Below are positions 37,398 to 47,481 of a stretch of 60,096 bases of DNA, in pieces; position 1 is the stretch's first letter, and every line of letters begins with the position of its first letter. The translations under genes were made by a program, and so were the position numbers. Source of the DNA: an uncultured Clostridia bacterium. Lineage in GTDB: Bacteria > Bacillota > Clostridia > UMGS1883. The stretch covers positions 1 to 60,096 of the forward strand of contig CANRJP010000004.1 of assembly GCA_947630975.1 (NCBI GenBank), written 5' to 3'. The notes beneath the pieces are model-generated. The model ran no database searches. It saw nothing but the letters and a program-made list of their open reading frames with translations, and was not told the origin of the DNA.

Positions 37398-38240
37398 CTA
37401 TCTATCATCTCGCCTATAAACAATAGCACGACGGTCTATAACATTGTGGTAGTTATTATGACTTGATTTAATCACATTATACCCCATAGCCATCGCATAA
37501 ATGCTTAGATTATCATTGCCGCCCCTCGTAAAGAAACCTGACCCGCGTAAACCGCCAGTTGCTTGTGCAAATTTTGGATGGGACTGCTCAAATGCAGGTA
37601 TAGCCGCCCTTAACTGCGTATCTGTAATAACACGTGCTGTAGCTGGATTAAGTACGGCGTTAATAGTTGTATTACCATAGCCCGTATTACCGCCACCATT
37701 CATAGCAAAATATGTTCCAGCACCGTATAATTGGCCACCATACTTACCGCCAATGTAGTTTAACCGACTGTATTTTAGTAGTCTGCTAACACGGTCTGCC
37801 GTCATTTTGATGGCTGTACCGTCATTGTTGGTATATGTTATATCATCTACTGACCGAGATAGAATTTCTGACTGCCCTATGTTGTTATCTGCCATAAATT
37901 GATCAAAGGCGTTATCATCCAGGACCAACGGTTTTTCATTTGCACCAATAGTATAAATAAATCGCTGTGTGGCGTCATCCACGTCACTAAGCATATTAGG
38001 CATTTGAATTGTCCGTGAATCAATTACAGCTTGGGCCAGCGCATCATCACTCCATGTTGACAAATCAGGTACGGCACCGGACAGTACCGGTGTATTGTCG
38101 TCTGACGGTGGCTGTGTCTGTATTGGCATAGGTTGCGGCTGAGGTGGTGTTATTGGCTGTGGAGATGCGTATTGCATACTGCCAAAACGCCCGCCTGTAC
38201 CAGAGCCGATCAATCCGCTTGAACTGCCTCGACCTCCCAT
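37398..38240 (-). CDS. MGGRG-leader protein 3, putative ADP-ribosyltransferase-fold (PARP-like motif)
   Basis: Leader and P/Q linker; YGAGTYFA and GYNVI...NVIDR resemble ART-fold motifs. Confidence 0.6.
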   Translation of the reverse strand: MGGRGSSSGLIGSGTGGRFGSMQYASPQPITPPQPQPMPIQTQPPSDDNTPVLSGAVPDLSTWSDDALAQAVIDSRTIQMPNMLSDVDDATQRFIYTIGANEKPLVLDDNAFDQFMADNNIGQSEILSRSVDDITYTNNDGTAIKMTADRVSRLLKYSRLNYIGGKYGGQLYGAGTYFAMNGGGNTGYGNTTINAVLNPATARVITDTQLRAAIPAFEQSHPKFAQATGGLRGSGFFTRGGNDNLSIYAMAMGYNVIKSSHNNYHNVIDRRAIVYRRDDR

Positions 38241-38255
38241 AAGCCCACACCTCCG

Positions 38256-38411
38256 TTACTTCTTTTTACTGCCAGCGGGCTTTTTACCGCCCTTAGCTGG
38301 GGCTTTCGACGGAGAGGATATTGGACGAATGCCCGCCCCGTCATCGTCGAAAAAGAAGCCGGGTAATCTTGGCTCTTTAGACTTTCCTGTGTTTTTCTTT
38401 GTCGTTGCCAT
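38256..38411 (-). CDS. Small Lys-rich partner 2 (51 aa), not in the ORF track
   Basis: Translated by hand: MATTKKNTGKSKEPRLPGFFFDDDGAGIRPISSPSKAPAKGGKKPAGSKKK; AGGAGG RBS. Confidence 0.7.
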   Translation of the reverse strand: MATTKKNTGKSKEPRLPGFFFDDDGAGIRPISSPSKAPAKGGKKPAGSKKK

Positions 38412-38430
38412 AAATAAAACCTCCTATTTT

Positions 38431-39258
38431 TTAGCCTATTGTTACGTCAAACTCTATCCGGTCATAGTAAAATGCGCCGGATCGCCCTTGTACACGTCTG
38501 CCATTTGAATCCGTGACAAAATGGACACCTGTAATAGTATAACGCTGATTAGGCGCTAATACCATTTCACCCAAAGCACCGCCCGGACCGTTACCCGGCA
38601 TCAGCGCCTGTGTAGCTGCCGGTGCCTTATAGTTGATCTTAACTGCCTTGTCGGTAAATGGTGCGCCGCCATTAGGCGCTGTGCGGAAATCATTGTAGGA
38701 CGTACTAATAAAACCGTCTTCAGTAAAACTCTTGCCAACAAGCAATTTCTGTATTTGCGTTTCCGACATACCGGAATAGTTACTTAGATTTTGTCCGGCA
38801 ATCTTACTGAGATTAGACATAAAGTCTACGCGGGCATAACGAGTTAAATTTACGTTATAGCCTATATTGTGCATTCCGTCCATCATAGCGTCACGCATAA
38901 ACTGTTGGTTGGCCGTCAAAGCAATACCCATCTTCATGGCATGATTGAGCTGTTGACTGGGGCTGTACATACTCCCCGGTGTGGCCTTATCGCTTAGATA
39001 ATCCTGCAAAGCCATTTCAGTGTCAATACTGAATTGCTGTTGCTGATAATATTGGCGGCCATTATATAAGTCGTGAAAATCTGCGTCATCTGTCGCGCTA
39101 AAGCCTGTTGTATCTACGGCTAACGGTGCGACAGGCGGTTGCTGCGGTTGTGGCTGCGGTTGCTGTATTAAGGGCTGCGGCGACGCATTTTGCATGGTGC
39201 TAAATCGTCCACCGGTACCAGAACCGATCAATCCGCTTGAACTGCCTCTACCTCCCAT
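38431..39258 (-). CDS. MGGRG-leader protein 2, R-S-E type ADP-ribosyltransferase (VIP2/C3-like)
   Basis: LTRY (Arg), GFISTS (STS), GEMVL (Glu) in canonical order. Confidence 0.75.
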   Translation of the reverse strand: MGGRGSSSGLIGSGTGGRFSTMQNASPQPLIQQPQPQPQQPPVAPLAVDTTGFSATDDADFHDLYNGRQYYQQQQFSIDTEMALQDYLSDKATPGSMYSPSQQLNHAMKMGIALTANQQFMRDAMMDGMHNIGYNVNLTRYARVDFMSNLSKIAGQNLSNYSGMSETQIQKLLVGKSFTEDGFISTSYNDFRTAPNGGAPFTDKAVKINYKAPAATQALMPGNGPGGALGEMVLAPNQRYTITGVHFVTDSNGRRVQGRSGAFYYDRIEFDVTIG

Positions 39259-39294
39259 TATATCACCTCATCACTAATTAGTCAATCCTGCTTT

Positions 39295-39450
39295 TTAACG
39301 CTTTGTGAGTGTGGCCTCTGCTTCGGCAATAGTTGTGATACCGAGGCTTTTCATACGCCGCATCTCGCTTTTTGCCGCGGTCATTGACTGTTTTTTTGTC
39401 GGCATATAAGATGGCGTTAAATTCTTTTTACCGTTTCCCTTTTTAGGCAT
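39295..39450 (-). CDS. Small Lys-rich partner 1 (51 aa)
   Basis: MPKKGNGKKNL...; GGAGG RBS. Confidence 0.7.
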   Translation of the reverse strand: MPKKGNGKKNLTPSYMPTKKQSMTAAKSEMRRMKSLGITTIAEAEATLTKR

Positions 39451-39464
39451 GATAAAACCTCCCT

Positions 39465-40190
39465 TTAGCCCAATTCTCGCTTTAAAATATCCCACACCGC
39501 GACTGATAACGGTTTAGCCGCGCGTCCGTTTGCCTTGTAATCAGCAACGCATTCAGCTAATGCCTCCGAACGATTTTTAGCGGCGTATCCGGATACATCC
39601 GTAATTAAAGTCTTTATACCCTTGCCCTTTTCACTGGGTAGTTTTTTCACAATTTTACTTGCTTCAGATATGACTTTTGATGCGTATGTACACTTTTGCC
39701 AAGCGTTTCGAGCCTCCGCCGTGACGAGAAAACTATTTCCCTTGCTTAAAACATATTTATCAATCAGAGCGCGCTCCAAAATGTGTCCGGCTTCATGAAC
39801 GGCAATATGATCGCCATCCGTACCTTCAGGATGCCATTTAGCACGCACTGAATAATCATACGACCGCTTATACTTTTTCGTGCTGTCAAATGCGTGTTGC
39901 GCCAATGTTATAACGCCATTATAGGAAGCTGTGGCCTGTGCTGAGCCCGTATTTCCACTTGTTAATTCGTGGAAATTTAAGGCGGCACCTGGAAAATCAA
40001 CAATAATACCTTCAATTCCTGATGCCGCGGTACGAACACTTTCAAAATCGCATTTGGATAAAGCGCTTACGTTAAGCCGCATAGCGTATTTGTCGGACAT
40101 ATATGTAGCTAAAGCGTCAAGGTCACTTGCGTCTGACGCCCGTAATGGCGACGTAAAAGAAAATCCGCTTGAACTGCCTCTACCACCCAT
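39465..40190 (-). CDS. MGGRG-leader protein 1, zincin-like metallopeptidase
   Basis: HEAGH (HExxH) and downstream SGYA...EALAE; ATG at 40190. Confidence 0.75.
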   Translation of the reverse strand: MGGRGSSSGFSFTSPLRASDASDLDALATYMSDKYAMRLNVSALSKCDFESVRTAASGIEGIIVDFPGAALNFHELTSGNTGSAQATASYNGVITLAQHAFDSTKKYKRSYDYSVRAKWHPEGTDGDHIAVHEAGHILERALIDKYVLSKGNSFLVTAEARNAWQKCTYASKVISEASKIVKKLPSEKGKGIKTLITDVSGYAAKNRSEALAECVADYKANGRAAKPLSVAVWDILKRELG

Positions 40191-40204
40191 TATACCACTC
40201 CGAT

Positions 40205-40822
40205 CTATCGCTGACGCCATTTAGACTGAAAAGCCCGCACGGGAACAATGTTTCCATGGCATTCATCCGGCACGTTACCATACATAATAATTTTTGACGG
40301 CTGTAAACGGGCCAACATTTCGTTATACCCATCCAAGAAAAGCCGCTGCGTTTCAATATTGTTTTGTGTCCCTACGCTGGATACGGCCACTGTCGCGCCT
40401 TCCGGCTCGCCGGTAAAGCACCAATCATAACTGCTTCGGTCTGACCAGCTAATAGTTGGGATTACCCGAATACCGTTTAGCTGCCAATATGCGCCTAACC
40501 AGTGTTTTCTATAATGGTTATAAACCTGTATTGCTTTTGGAAAATCTGTATAGGTAGAAAAGTCCGGTGTTAAAACGGCTTGAAATTTTCTAAGCATTCC
40601 AAGATACGTGTCCGGCTGTTTCCACACACGAATAAATTGATAATCGTCTATGAAAAAATGAATACCGTGCTGCTCCGGCTCGTCACACGTCAAGGCATAG
40701 TTGAAGCTAATCCAATTATCGACGTTATAATCTGCCCCGGCAATGACCGGGATGCCGTATTCTCCGGCACCGGTGAATATGGCCTTGTTTAAGTTTTCAT
40801 AGTGACGCTGCTGTCTGTACAC
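40205..40822 (-). CDS. DUF4417-like protein
   Basis: IHFFIDDYQF, TPDFS, YRKHWLGAYWQ, VIPTISW; GTG start with AGGAGG. Confidence 0.8.
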   Translation of the reverse strand: MYRQQRHYENLNKAIFTGAGEYGIPVIAGADYNVDNWISFNYALTCDEPEQHGIHFFIDDYQFIRVWKQPDTYLGMLRKFQAVLTPDFSTYTDFPKAIQVYNHYRKHWLGAYWQLNGIRVIPTISWSDRSSYDWCFTGEPEGATVAVSSVGTQNNIETQRLFLDGYNEMLARLQPSKIIMYGNVPDECHGNIVPVRAFQSKWRQR

Positions 40823-40994
40823 GTGTCGTACCTCCTGTATAGATAAAAGGCCCCCGGCATGGTACGCATTACCAAAAGCAAGAGGCGCGCCGGGAACCTT
40901 CCATGAGGGGATTTTATGAGCATAAGCCAATGGGTATAGTGTGAGCCGGGGAGGAGGCGGAACCCCGCATCAGCTTACATAAAATCCATGATAT

Positions 40995-41027
40995 ATTATA
41001 GCACACGTTAACGGGACATTCGGGACA
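40995..41027 (-). promoter_or_regulatory. Putative activator-dependent late promoter
   Basis: TGnTATAAT extended -10, no -35, tandem TGTCCCG repeats (41012-41018, 41021-41027), right after the RinA/ArpU-like gene. Confidence 0.65.
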
Positions 41028-41028
41028 A

Positions 41029-41430
41029 CTATTTTTGTTTGTGCAAATACCGGTAACATATTTTTTTAACGCTGTCTTCCGTATTATTCCCGCCCACGCT
41101 ATAAGCCACCTGTAACCAGGGTAAACCGTTTACAAATCTAAACGTAAATATCATGCGCGTTAAGCTGTCAGGGATTGTATTTATGTATCTTTCCAGGCGT
41201 TGACGTTCATGGATACACTGTATTTGTTTTGCCGCTATAATCGCCCTCAGGTCCGCTATTTCCGCGGCCAACTGTTCAACCTTACTATGCGGCATACCCT
41301 TCACGTGCGGCATTCCGTCTAAGATCGGTGAACTGGGATAGCACCTACTTTCTAAATCAATCAAACGGCGTTGATCTATTTCAATTTCACGGTTGAGATA
41401 GTATAACTGCGATAATTCTTTAACTGTCAT
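41029..41430 (-). CDS. RinA/ArpU-like late transcriptional activator
   Basis: ELSQLYYL...RMIFTFRFVNGLPWLQVA; position before the late genes. Confidence 0.75.
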   Translation of the reverse strand: MTVKELSQLYYLNREIEIDQRRLIDLESRCYPSSPILDGMPHVKGMPHSKVEQLAAEIADLRAIIAAKQIQCIHERQRLERYINTIPDSLTRMIFTFRFVNGLPWLQVAYSVGGNNTEDSVKKICYRYLHKQK

Positions 41431-43103
41431 TTTTGCATATCCCCCTTAATTTGTTCAATCCGGGCTTTTAGCGCCGTCAAAAGACTTTCCTGCCCTGCAT
41501 CTTTCGCTTCAAGAGATTGTATAACGTCCTCGTCCATACCGCCCTGTACAATCAGTCTGTGAATTATAACAGGGTACTGTTGCCCCTGCCTGTGGCACCG
41601 TTTATTAGCCTGTTGATATTCTTCTAAATTCCAGGTCAAGCCAAACCAAATTACATGATGCCCGCCGTCCTGTAGATTTAAACCGTATCCGCATGACGCG
41701 GGCTGCGCTAATAACACATCGATATTTCCGGCGTTCCAATCGGCCTCATCCTGCGCGCCCCTATATACGCGCACACGTAAATCAGTAGGGGCCAACGCTG
41801 CCCAAAGCCGGTCACGGTCATGCTTATAGTGATAGTATATAATAACGTGCTGCCCGTTTAACTGCTCCACCGTCTCTAACAGGACTTCCAGTTTACAATT
41901 GTGTATGGGTATAACTGCGTTGTTTTCGTCGTAAACTGCGCCGTTACAGCATTGCAAAAGTTTATTTGTGAGTGCTGCCGCTGTCGTAGCCGTTATCATA
42001 TTACCGTCAACTAACAGAGCGTTGCATTTCCCGGTTTTCCACATTTCAATGTCATCTCTGTTACCATAATGACGAACTGTAAAACCATTAGCGGTTAAAA
42101 CCGCCATTAGGTCCTCTTGCTGTCGATCCATGTGATGATATATAATAACCTTTTCTGCCCCTAAAGAACGTATGACAGCAATGTAAGCGTTTATATCATA
42201 GCTGTCTATTTTAACAGAATTACCCTGCGTGTCAAACACCATACCGACACACGGCTCCACTTTTGCCCCTGTCAGCTCTGTTACTATTTCCCCACCAACG
42301 GTTAATAAGGCTTCCCTCGCTAAGTTGTCATACGCTGTGCGCGCCGCTTCATCCAGCATTACAGGTATATCATCTACGATTAAATCCGGTAAATTCAAAT
42401 AATCTTCAGACTTCATACTAATACATATATCCGATATTGCCGTATAAATGGCTTGCTCCGCTCCGGGCTTCAACTTGTAGTCGAATATCGTGTTTCTGTT
42501 ACGGCGACCAGGTGTAAAAAACATTTCGCGATAAACGGATATAGTCCGGCCTAAGCGTTCGCCGCCATCCAGTAAATATAGCTGCGCCCACAAATCCATC
42601 AAGCCTTTAGGACTGGGTGTGCCCGTTAATTCAATCAGTCTTTTAATTTTTGGTCGTACCAGCTTTAACGCTTTAAAACGCTGTGTTTTTTGTGATTTAA
42701 AGGAACTGCTTTCATCCAGCACCACCACGTCAAAGGGCCAATCATACCTGTACAAATCAACGATCCATTTCGTGTTGTCTCGATTGATAACGTATACGTC
42801 AGCGGGCACGGACAAGGCCGCCTTTCGTTTACGCGCTGAACCTAATACTGTGACAACTCGTAAATTACGTAAGTGATTCCACTTTGCCGCTTCCTTTGTC
42901 CACGTTATCTCAGCAACTTTTTTTGGCGCGATAATTAACGCCTTATGGATGTTCCACATCTCATACTTCAAGCTGTGTAGCGTCGTCAGCGTACAGACTG
43001 TTTTGCCTAAGCCCATGTCCAGAAATGCGCCCAGATATGGTGTATCAATCATACGTTGCGTGGTGTACTGTTGATATGGATATGGGATGTAATCTTTGCC
43101 CAT
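41427..43103 (-). CDS. SNF2-family helicase
   Basis: DMGLGKT, LDESS, TGTP, GYGLNLQ, RCHRQGQ. Confidence 0.92.
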   Translation of the reverse strand: MGKDYIPYPYQQYTTQRMIDTPYLGAFLDMGLGKTVCTLTTLHSLKYEMWNIHKALIIAPKKVAEITWTKEAAKWNHLRNLRVVTVLGSARKRKAALSVPADVYVINRDNTKWIVDLYRYDWPFDVVVLDESSSFKSQKTQRFKALKLVRPKIKRLIELTGTPSPKGLMDLWAQLYLLDGGERLGRTISVYREMFFTPGRRNRNTIFDYKLKPGAEQAIYTAISDICISMKSEDYLNLPDLIVDDIPVMLDEAARTAYDNLAREALLTVGGEIVTELTGAKVEPCVGMVFDTQGNSVKIDSYDINAYIAVIRSLGAEKVIIYHHMDRQQEDLMAVLTANGFTVRHYGNRDDIEMWKTGKCNALLVDGNMITATTAAALTNKLLQCCNGAVYDENNAVIPIHNCKLEVLLETVEQLNGQHVIIYYHYKHDRDRLWAALAPTDLRVRVYRGAQDEADWNAGNIDVLLAQPASCGYGLNLQDGGHHVIWFGLTWNLEEYQQANKRCHRQGQQYPVIIHRLIVQGGMDEDVIQSLEAKDAGQESLLTALKARIEQIKGDMQK

Positions 43104-43411
43104 TAACGTACCTCCCTATTTACCTGTGTTCGACAGTATTCAATAACCTTTTCAACCTTTTCGGGGGTATCGACAGCGGAAAAAACGGTATAGCCTAACG
43201 CTCTAAGCTGCGATTGTACATATTCTTGCCGTGGACGCTCACGCTTTTTCGGCGCTTTTGTTTCAACGGCGACAGTACAACCACCGGGCAATAATATCAG
43301 TCTATCAGGGACGCCTGTAAATCCCGGCGCTTCCCACTTCAAACATAGGCCGCCTAACGCCCGTATCGGCGCTATCAATTTTTGCTCAACAGTTTTTTCC
43401 AGCATAACCAA
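43103..43411 (-). CDS. VRR-NUC nuclease
   Basis: GVPDRL...VETKAP. Confidence 0.88.
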   Translation of the reverse strand: MVMLEKTVEQKLIAPIRALGGLCLKWEAPGFTGVPDRLILLPGGCTVAVETKAPKKRERPRQEYVQSQLRALGYTVFSAVDTPEKVEKVIEYCRTQVNREVR

Positions 43412-43534
43412 ACCTCCAAAAACTTCTTACGCGCGCCCGTGTGAGACGGGTATATAAAGGGACAGCGCGCGCCTTATCCTATACGGCGGCATCTAAAAAT
43501 CCTCAAAGAGAATACGGGTCTATGGCTTAACGGT

Positions 43535-43779
43535 GTTACACTTTTTACGCGCGCGTATAGACGTGTACGAATTAGGCGGATTAGGCGATTATATATTCCT
43601 CTAATCCCTCTAATTCGTAGGTATATTAGAAATTTATGTAACATTGTAACATAATCGTAGTTTTAGCGATAATACGGCGGTTTTTGGCGTTACAAACTAT
43701 GTAACTTTTTTGTAACTTTGTAACAGAAAAATGTTACACGTTACATATTTGTAACGCCAATGTAACGCCATTTGTAACA
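43535..43779. repeat. Iteron-rich putative replication origin
   Basis: About 12 GTAAC/GTTAC pentamers, AT-rich, immediately downstream of the primase-helicase gene. Confidence 0.75.
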
Positions 43780-43784
43780 AATTA

Positions 43785-46199
43785 TTATTTCGTCCACAAA
43801 AAGCCGCGCTGAACATTATAGGGACCGCATCTGATAGGTTTATTTGCTCGCCGCCAGCCGTTCACATTTGCAATTACTGCATTAATTTCTCGCGCATCTG
43901 CGGATTTTATGTCTTTTTGACTGCCATAAAACAGCTCACACCAAACCTCGATTGCGCAAATACGGTCACGGTAAACCAAATTATAATCCCCCTGCGCGTT
44001 TCCCGCCCAGTAATCACGGCGTCGATCCAAAGGCCATTTAGACCAATCGTCCGGTACTTTGCGCGAAATGAAGTCCTGAATAAGGCCCTCTTTGGGGGAC
44101 GCTTCTCTATGCTGCTCTTGCCGCTCTTTTGCGGCCTCCTCGACCTCGCCCGTCAAGTATGTAGCCTCTCCGACCTGCCAACGGGTTTTTGCCTCAGCCC
44201 AAATTTGATTGATAACTTCGTCGGTTAAATCACGCCAAACGGTCTTTTCGTGCGGTACTTCGCCAACATCGACCGGCCAAAAACGCCTGTTGCCTGTAGT
44301 ATCCTGAAGGAAGTCCATTTGATTGCACGTACCAAAGAATACACAGCAACGGGGCAACTCCTTCACGTTGCGGCCATAAGCCGCCCGGTAACGGTCTGCA
44401 CGTAAAGATAAAAACTGCTTAATACGGGCAACGTCAGTCCGCCTAAAAGCATCCAGCTCCGCAACTTCGACCAGCCAAACGCCCTGTAATAACTCCGATG
44501 CTTCCTTGCCCTCAAATGTCCGTATACTGTCGTTAAACCAGCCTCGCGACAGTTTGTCTAATAATGTGCTTTTCCCTATACCCTGCGGCCCACAGAGTAT
44601 TAGCATATTATCAAATTTGCATCCCGGCGTCATAGCGCGGGCGACCGCCGCCGTAAAGGACTTGCGGCATACTGCCCGACAATACCCAACCGGGTCATCT
44701 ATTGCACCTAAATAGTCAATGAACACCGTATCTAACCGCGGAACACCGTCCCAGACTAAACTATTCAAATAATCTTGCACCTCATTAAATGCGTGTGTAG
44801 CCGCATGAATATCCAGCGCGGCATCTATGTTCCCGCGACCGGTTATCTGATACGCCCGTTCCATATACCAGTACAAACCGTTGCTGTCTGTATCAGACCA
44901 CAGTCGCCTCTTGCCGCTGCCGTTCCAGGGAAGCGGGCCAAGTACCTCACCGCGACCGGCGAATTGATTAAGTGCAAATTTACCTTTGAGTAAACTATCG
45001 TTGTCCAATATGATAAGAATATTGTCAATAGTCGGTTTTGGAATACCGGTTTTAGCACTGAGATCAAGTTTTTGCATCCAATTTACAGGGTCCGCGGTAT
45101 TATCAGCGCCAACACCGTTGAAGTCTTGCACAGCCTGTTCGTGTCGTTCCTTTGCCAGCAATGCCGCTGTTAGCGGGTCTGCTACCGCAAATTCACACAT
45201 AGCCGTATAAGATGGCAAGCGATTATTGGGTGTGCCAGGCGCTGCACTGTCGTCCTTGTCGCCAAACAGATGTAGCCGTACCAAGTCAAAACAGTTGACA
45301 AGTTTACCACCGCACGGGTCCGTAGCGTGGTGTGAAAAAAGAAATTTCCCGTTATCGTAGACTACCGCGCCGCCTGTCGTCGAGCCGCCCAAGTACGTAA
45401 ACCGATTAGGGTCATTATCCACAGGTTCATAGATGCCGGGAAGTAATTTTGTTATGACATTGTATACGTCTCCATAGGCCCTATTAAATGCGCCCACAAT
45501 GCCGGGCTTAGTATCAGGATCACCCTGTTTTACTGCCAGCCTCTGATAGCTCACAGAGCCGGGCACAACAGGCCATGAGGTCAAATCGTGCCAATCCGTA
45601 TACGTTCCAAGAATTGCATCGGCACCAGCTAATGGCGCATCCTGATACCTGAATATGTATTCACTGTCAGCACAGCATGACGGCCAATACATAAGTCGCG
45701 ACGGTTCAAACGTAGTTGGGTCTGCCATTTGAATGCCAATTTGTCCGGCCAAATAGCGGGCAATCGGTTCATATTCGTCAGCCGTTACCGTCCGATCCAG
45801 CGGAAATAAGATGCGTAGCCGTGGCGCTGTAGGAAGATGTTTGCGCGTACTGTAAACGGCATAACTACAACCTAATGACGCCACAGTCTGTAAAAGTCCG
45901 TCTGTTCCATAGGCCGGTACAGTGTCAAAATCCAATGTTACAACGTCTCTGCCGGTTACGGCTGTCGCTTTACGACGGCCACCATTTAACGTACCAGCCA
46001 CGAAACCGCCAACGTCTTTCAAATCGTCCTGCTGTCCCTTTTTCATGGCCAGGTATGCCGTTATAGTTTCCGTCCCTCTCGATGGGACGCTCAGTTTTTC
46101 CCACAATTCACTAATTGACAGCGTTTGCGGTTTCCATTTTATATCTTTACGGCTATTGCCGACAGAGATGTTTATTTGTCGGTCATACTGTAATTTCAT
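43785..46199 (-). CDS. Primase-helicase (VirE/VapE family)
   Basis: LDFD, YSTRKH; GPQGIGKS Walker A; DTTGNRRFWP. Confidence 0.92.
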   Translation of the reverse strand: MKLQYDRQINISVGNSRKDIKWKPQTLSISELWEKLSVPSRGTETITAYLAMKKGQQDDLKDVGGFVAGTLNGGRRKATAVTGRDVVTLDFDTVPAYGTDGLLQTVASLGCSYAVYSTRKHLPTAPRLRILFPLDRTVTADEYEPIARYLAGQIGIQMADPTTFEPSRLMYWPSCCADSEYIFRYQDAPLAGADAILGTYTDWHDLTSWPVVPGSVSYQRLAVKQGDPDTKPGIVGAFNRAYGDVYNVITKLLPGIYEPVDNDPNRFTYLGGSTTGGAVVYDNGKFLFSHHATDPCGGKLVNCFDLVRLHLFGDKDDSAAPGTPNNRLPSYTAMCEFAVADPLTAALLAKERHEQAVQDFNGVGADNTADPVNWMQKLDLSAKTGIPKPTIDNILIILDNDSLLKGKFALNQFAGRGEVLGPLPWNGSGKRRLWSDTDSNGLYWYMERAYQITGRGNIDAALDIHAATHAFNEVQDYLNSLVWDGVPRLDTVFIDYLGAIDDPVGYCRAVCRKSFTAAVARAMTPGCKFDNMLILCGPQGIGKSTLLDKLSRGWFNDSIRTFEGKEASELLQGVWLVEVAELDAFRRTDVARIKQFLSLRADRYRAAYGRNVKELPRCCVFFGTCNQMDFLQDTTGNRRFWPVDVGEVPHEKTVWRDLTDEVINQIWAEAKTRWQVGEATYLTGEVEEAAKERQEQHREASPKEGLIQDFISRKVPDDWSKWPLDRRRDYWAGNAQGDYNLVYRDRICAIEVWCELFYGSQKDIKSADAREINAVIANVNGWRRANKPIRCGPYNVQRGFLWTK

Positions 46200-46266
46200 T
46201 CTGCGCCTCTCCCTTTATGACGCCCCCCGTAATCGAAGCGTAAGCGTTTCTTATTTATGCGTTTGG

Positions 46267-46629
46267 TCAGTACATACACCCTACATCAGAAAATGTTTTA
46301 AAGATTTTCGGGGCCTGTAATGCAAACCAATCGACGTATGTTTCAGGTACTCCAAAGGGGGGATTAGCAACGTCGGTATTCATTCCAGATTCATTAAAAT
46401 AGGCGTGAATGATCTCATGACGCATAACTTTTCTTTGATAGGCGGGAAAATTTTCTAATTCGCAGTCGGGTTCGTAAACGCCCACAACAATTTTTTTTGT
46501 AGAAAAATCCACACAGCCACCGCTGTTTTTTAATGATATGTCGTCCACAGAAGATTTTAGTTGTATTGAATATTCTGTGCCTAAGATGTTCACATGATCA
46601 GGAAATATGTTGTCCGGATATACGTCCAT
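46267..46629 (-). CDS. Phage protein with HExxH motif
   Basis: VMRHEIIHAY...VDWFA. Confidence 0.7.
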   Translation of the reverse strand: MDVYPDNIFPDHVNILGTEYSIQLKSSVDDISLKNSGGCVDFSTKKIVVGVYEPDCELENFPAYQRKVMRHEIIHAYFNESGMNTDVANPPFGVPETYVDWFALQAPKIFKTFSDVGCMY

Positions 46630-46632
46630 GAC

Positions 46633-46998
46633 TTACGCCTCCTCTGCACTTTCCACCGCGTTATGTGTAGCCTTCTCGCTTGATGACGGCTTTAACTCTT
46701 TTCTTAATTCTTCAATTTCAAGTTTGGCCTTTTCCAGCTCAACACGTGCTTCGGCTAAATCAGCAACGCAATCACTGACTTCTGCCGGGGATAGTCCGGT
46801 TTCTTGGTACTCTGCCAGCGTATCCGGCTTACCTGTCAGCATGGCGTAAATGTGTTCATGCGGAACACGGCATTTTATGGCGTTTTCCATAAACAACGCT
46901 TTGGCGGTTGCATTTGCTGTAGTTTCATATAATCCAAGTAAACTGGATACCGGAAGTGTAACACGTTCTTCCGGCGTAAATATATCAGTAAGACCCAT
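46633..46998 (-). CDS. Phage hypothetical protein
   Basis: LAEYQETGLSPAEV motif. Confidence 0.7.
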   Translation of the reverse strand: MGLTDIFTPEERVTLPVSSLLGLYETTANATAKALFMENAIKCRVPHEHIYAMLTGKPDTLAEYQETGLSPAEVSDCVADLAEARVELEKAKLEIEELRKELKPSSSEKATHNAVESAEEA

Positions 46999-47025
46999 AA
47001 TAAAAACTCCTTTCAATTATCCTAA

Positions 47026-47344
47026 TTAATCCGGGGATCCCCAAACAATACCCTGAGCCTCCATTTTTTCTATGGTTTGTTTGAGTTGAGAGATCACAGC
47101 GTTGACGTTTTCCCCCATATCTACGTAGGATTGGGGATTTTTTAATCTTGATTCTAAACAGGCTTTGTGCCAGTCTAAATCAGTTTTCATTTTTATGTCT
47201 ACCAACGGTATAAGAACATCGTCATTAACCTTTACATATCCTTCAATAGGGTACTGCTTTCCTTGAATATCATATTTGGCGGATTTAACGGGGGGGGGGT
47301 ATAACCTCAATTGTGGTCATCCGTTTGGTGGTTTCTACAATCAT
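47026..47344 (-). pseudogene. Hypothetical protein frameshifted at a 10-nt homopolymer (47290-47299)
   Basis: The ATG at 47344 (with RBS) is in frame with the PPPVKSAK ORF only if the tract is 9 nt. Confidence 0.5.
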
Positions 47345-47481
47345 TCCTTTCACCCCTTTCAATATCGTCTGTTGAGCTTATTATCACACAGCAAATGGCT
47401 CCGACCGCAATCATTATTAACAAGAAAATACCACAGCCCATTAATAGTGACACAACACTCCACTCCTTTTTAAAAAATAGA

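Noticed and set aside
37398-40190. MGGRGS as an N-myristoylation signal for eukaryotic targeting
   Set aside because: It matches MGxxxS only superficially, and nothing indicates delivery into eukaryotic cells.
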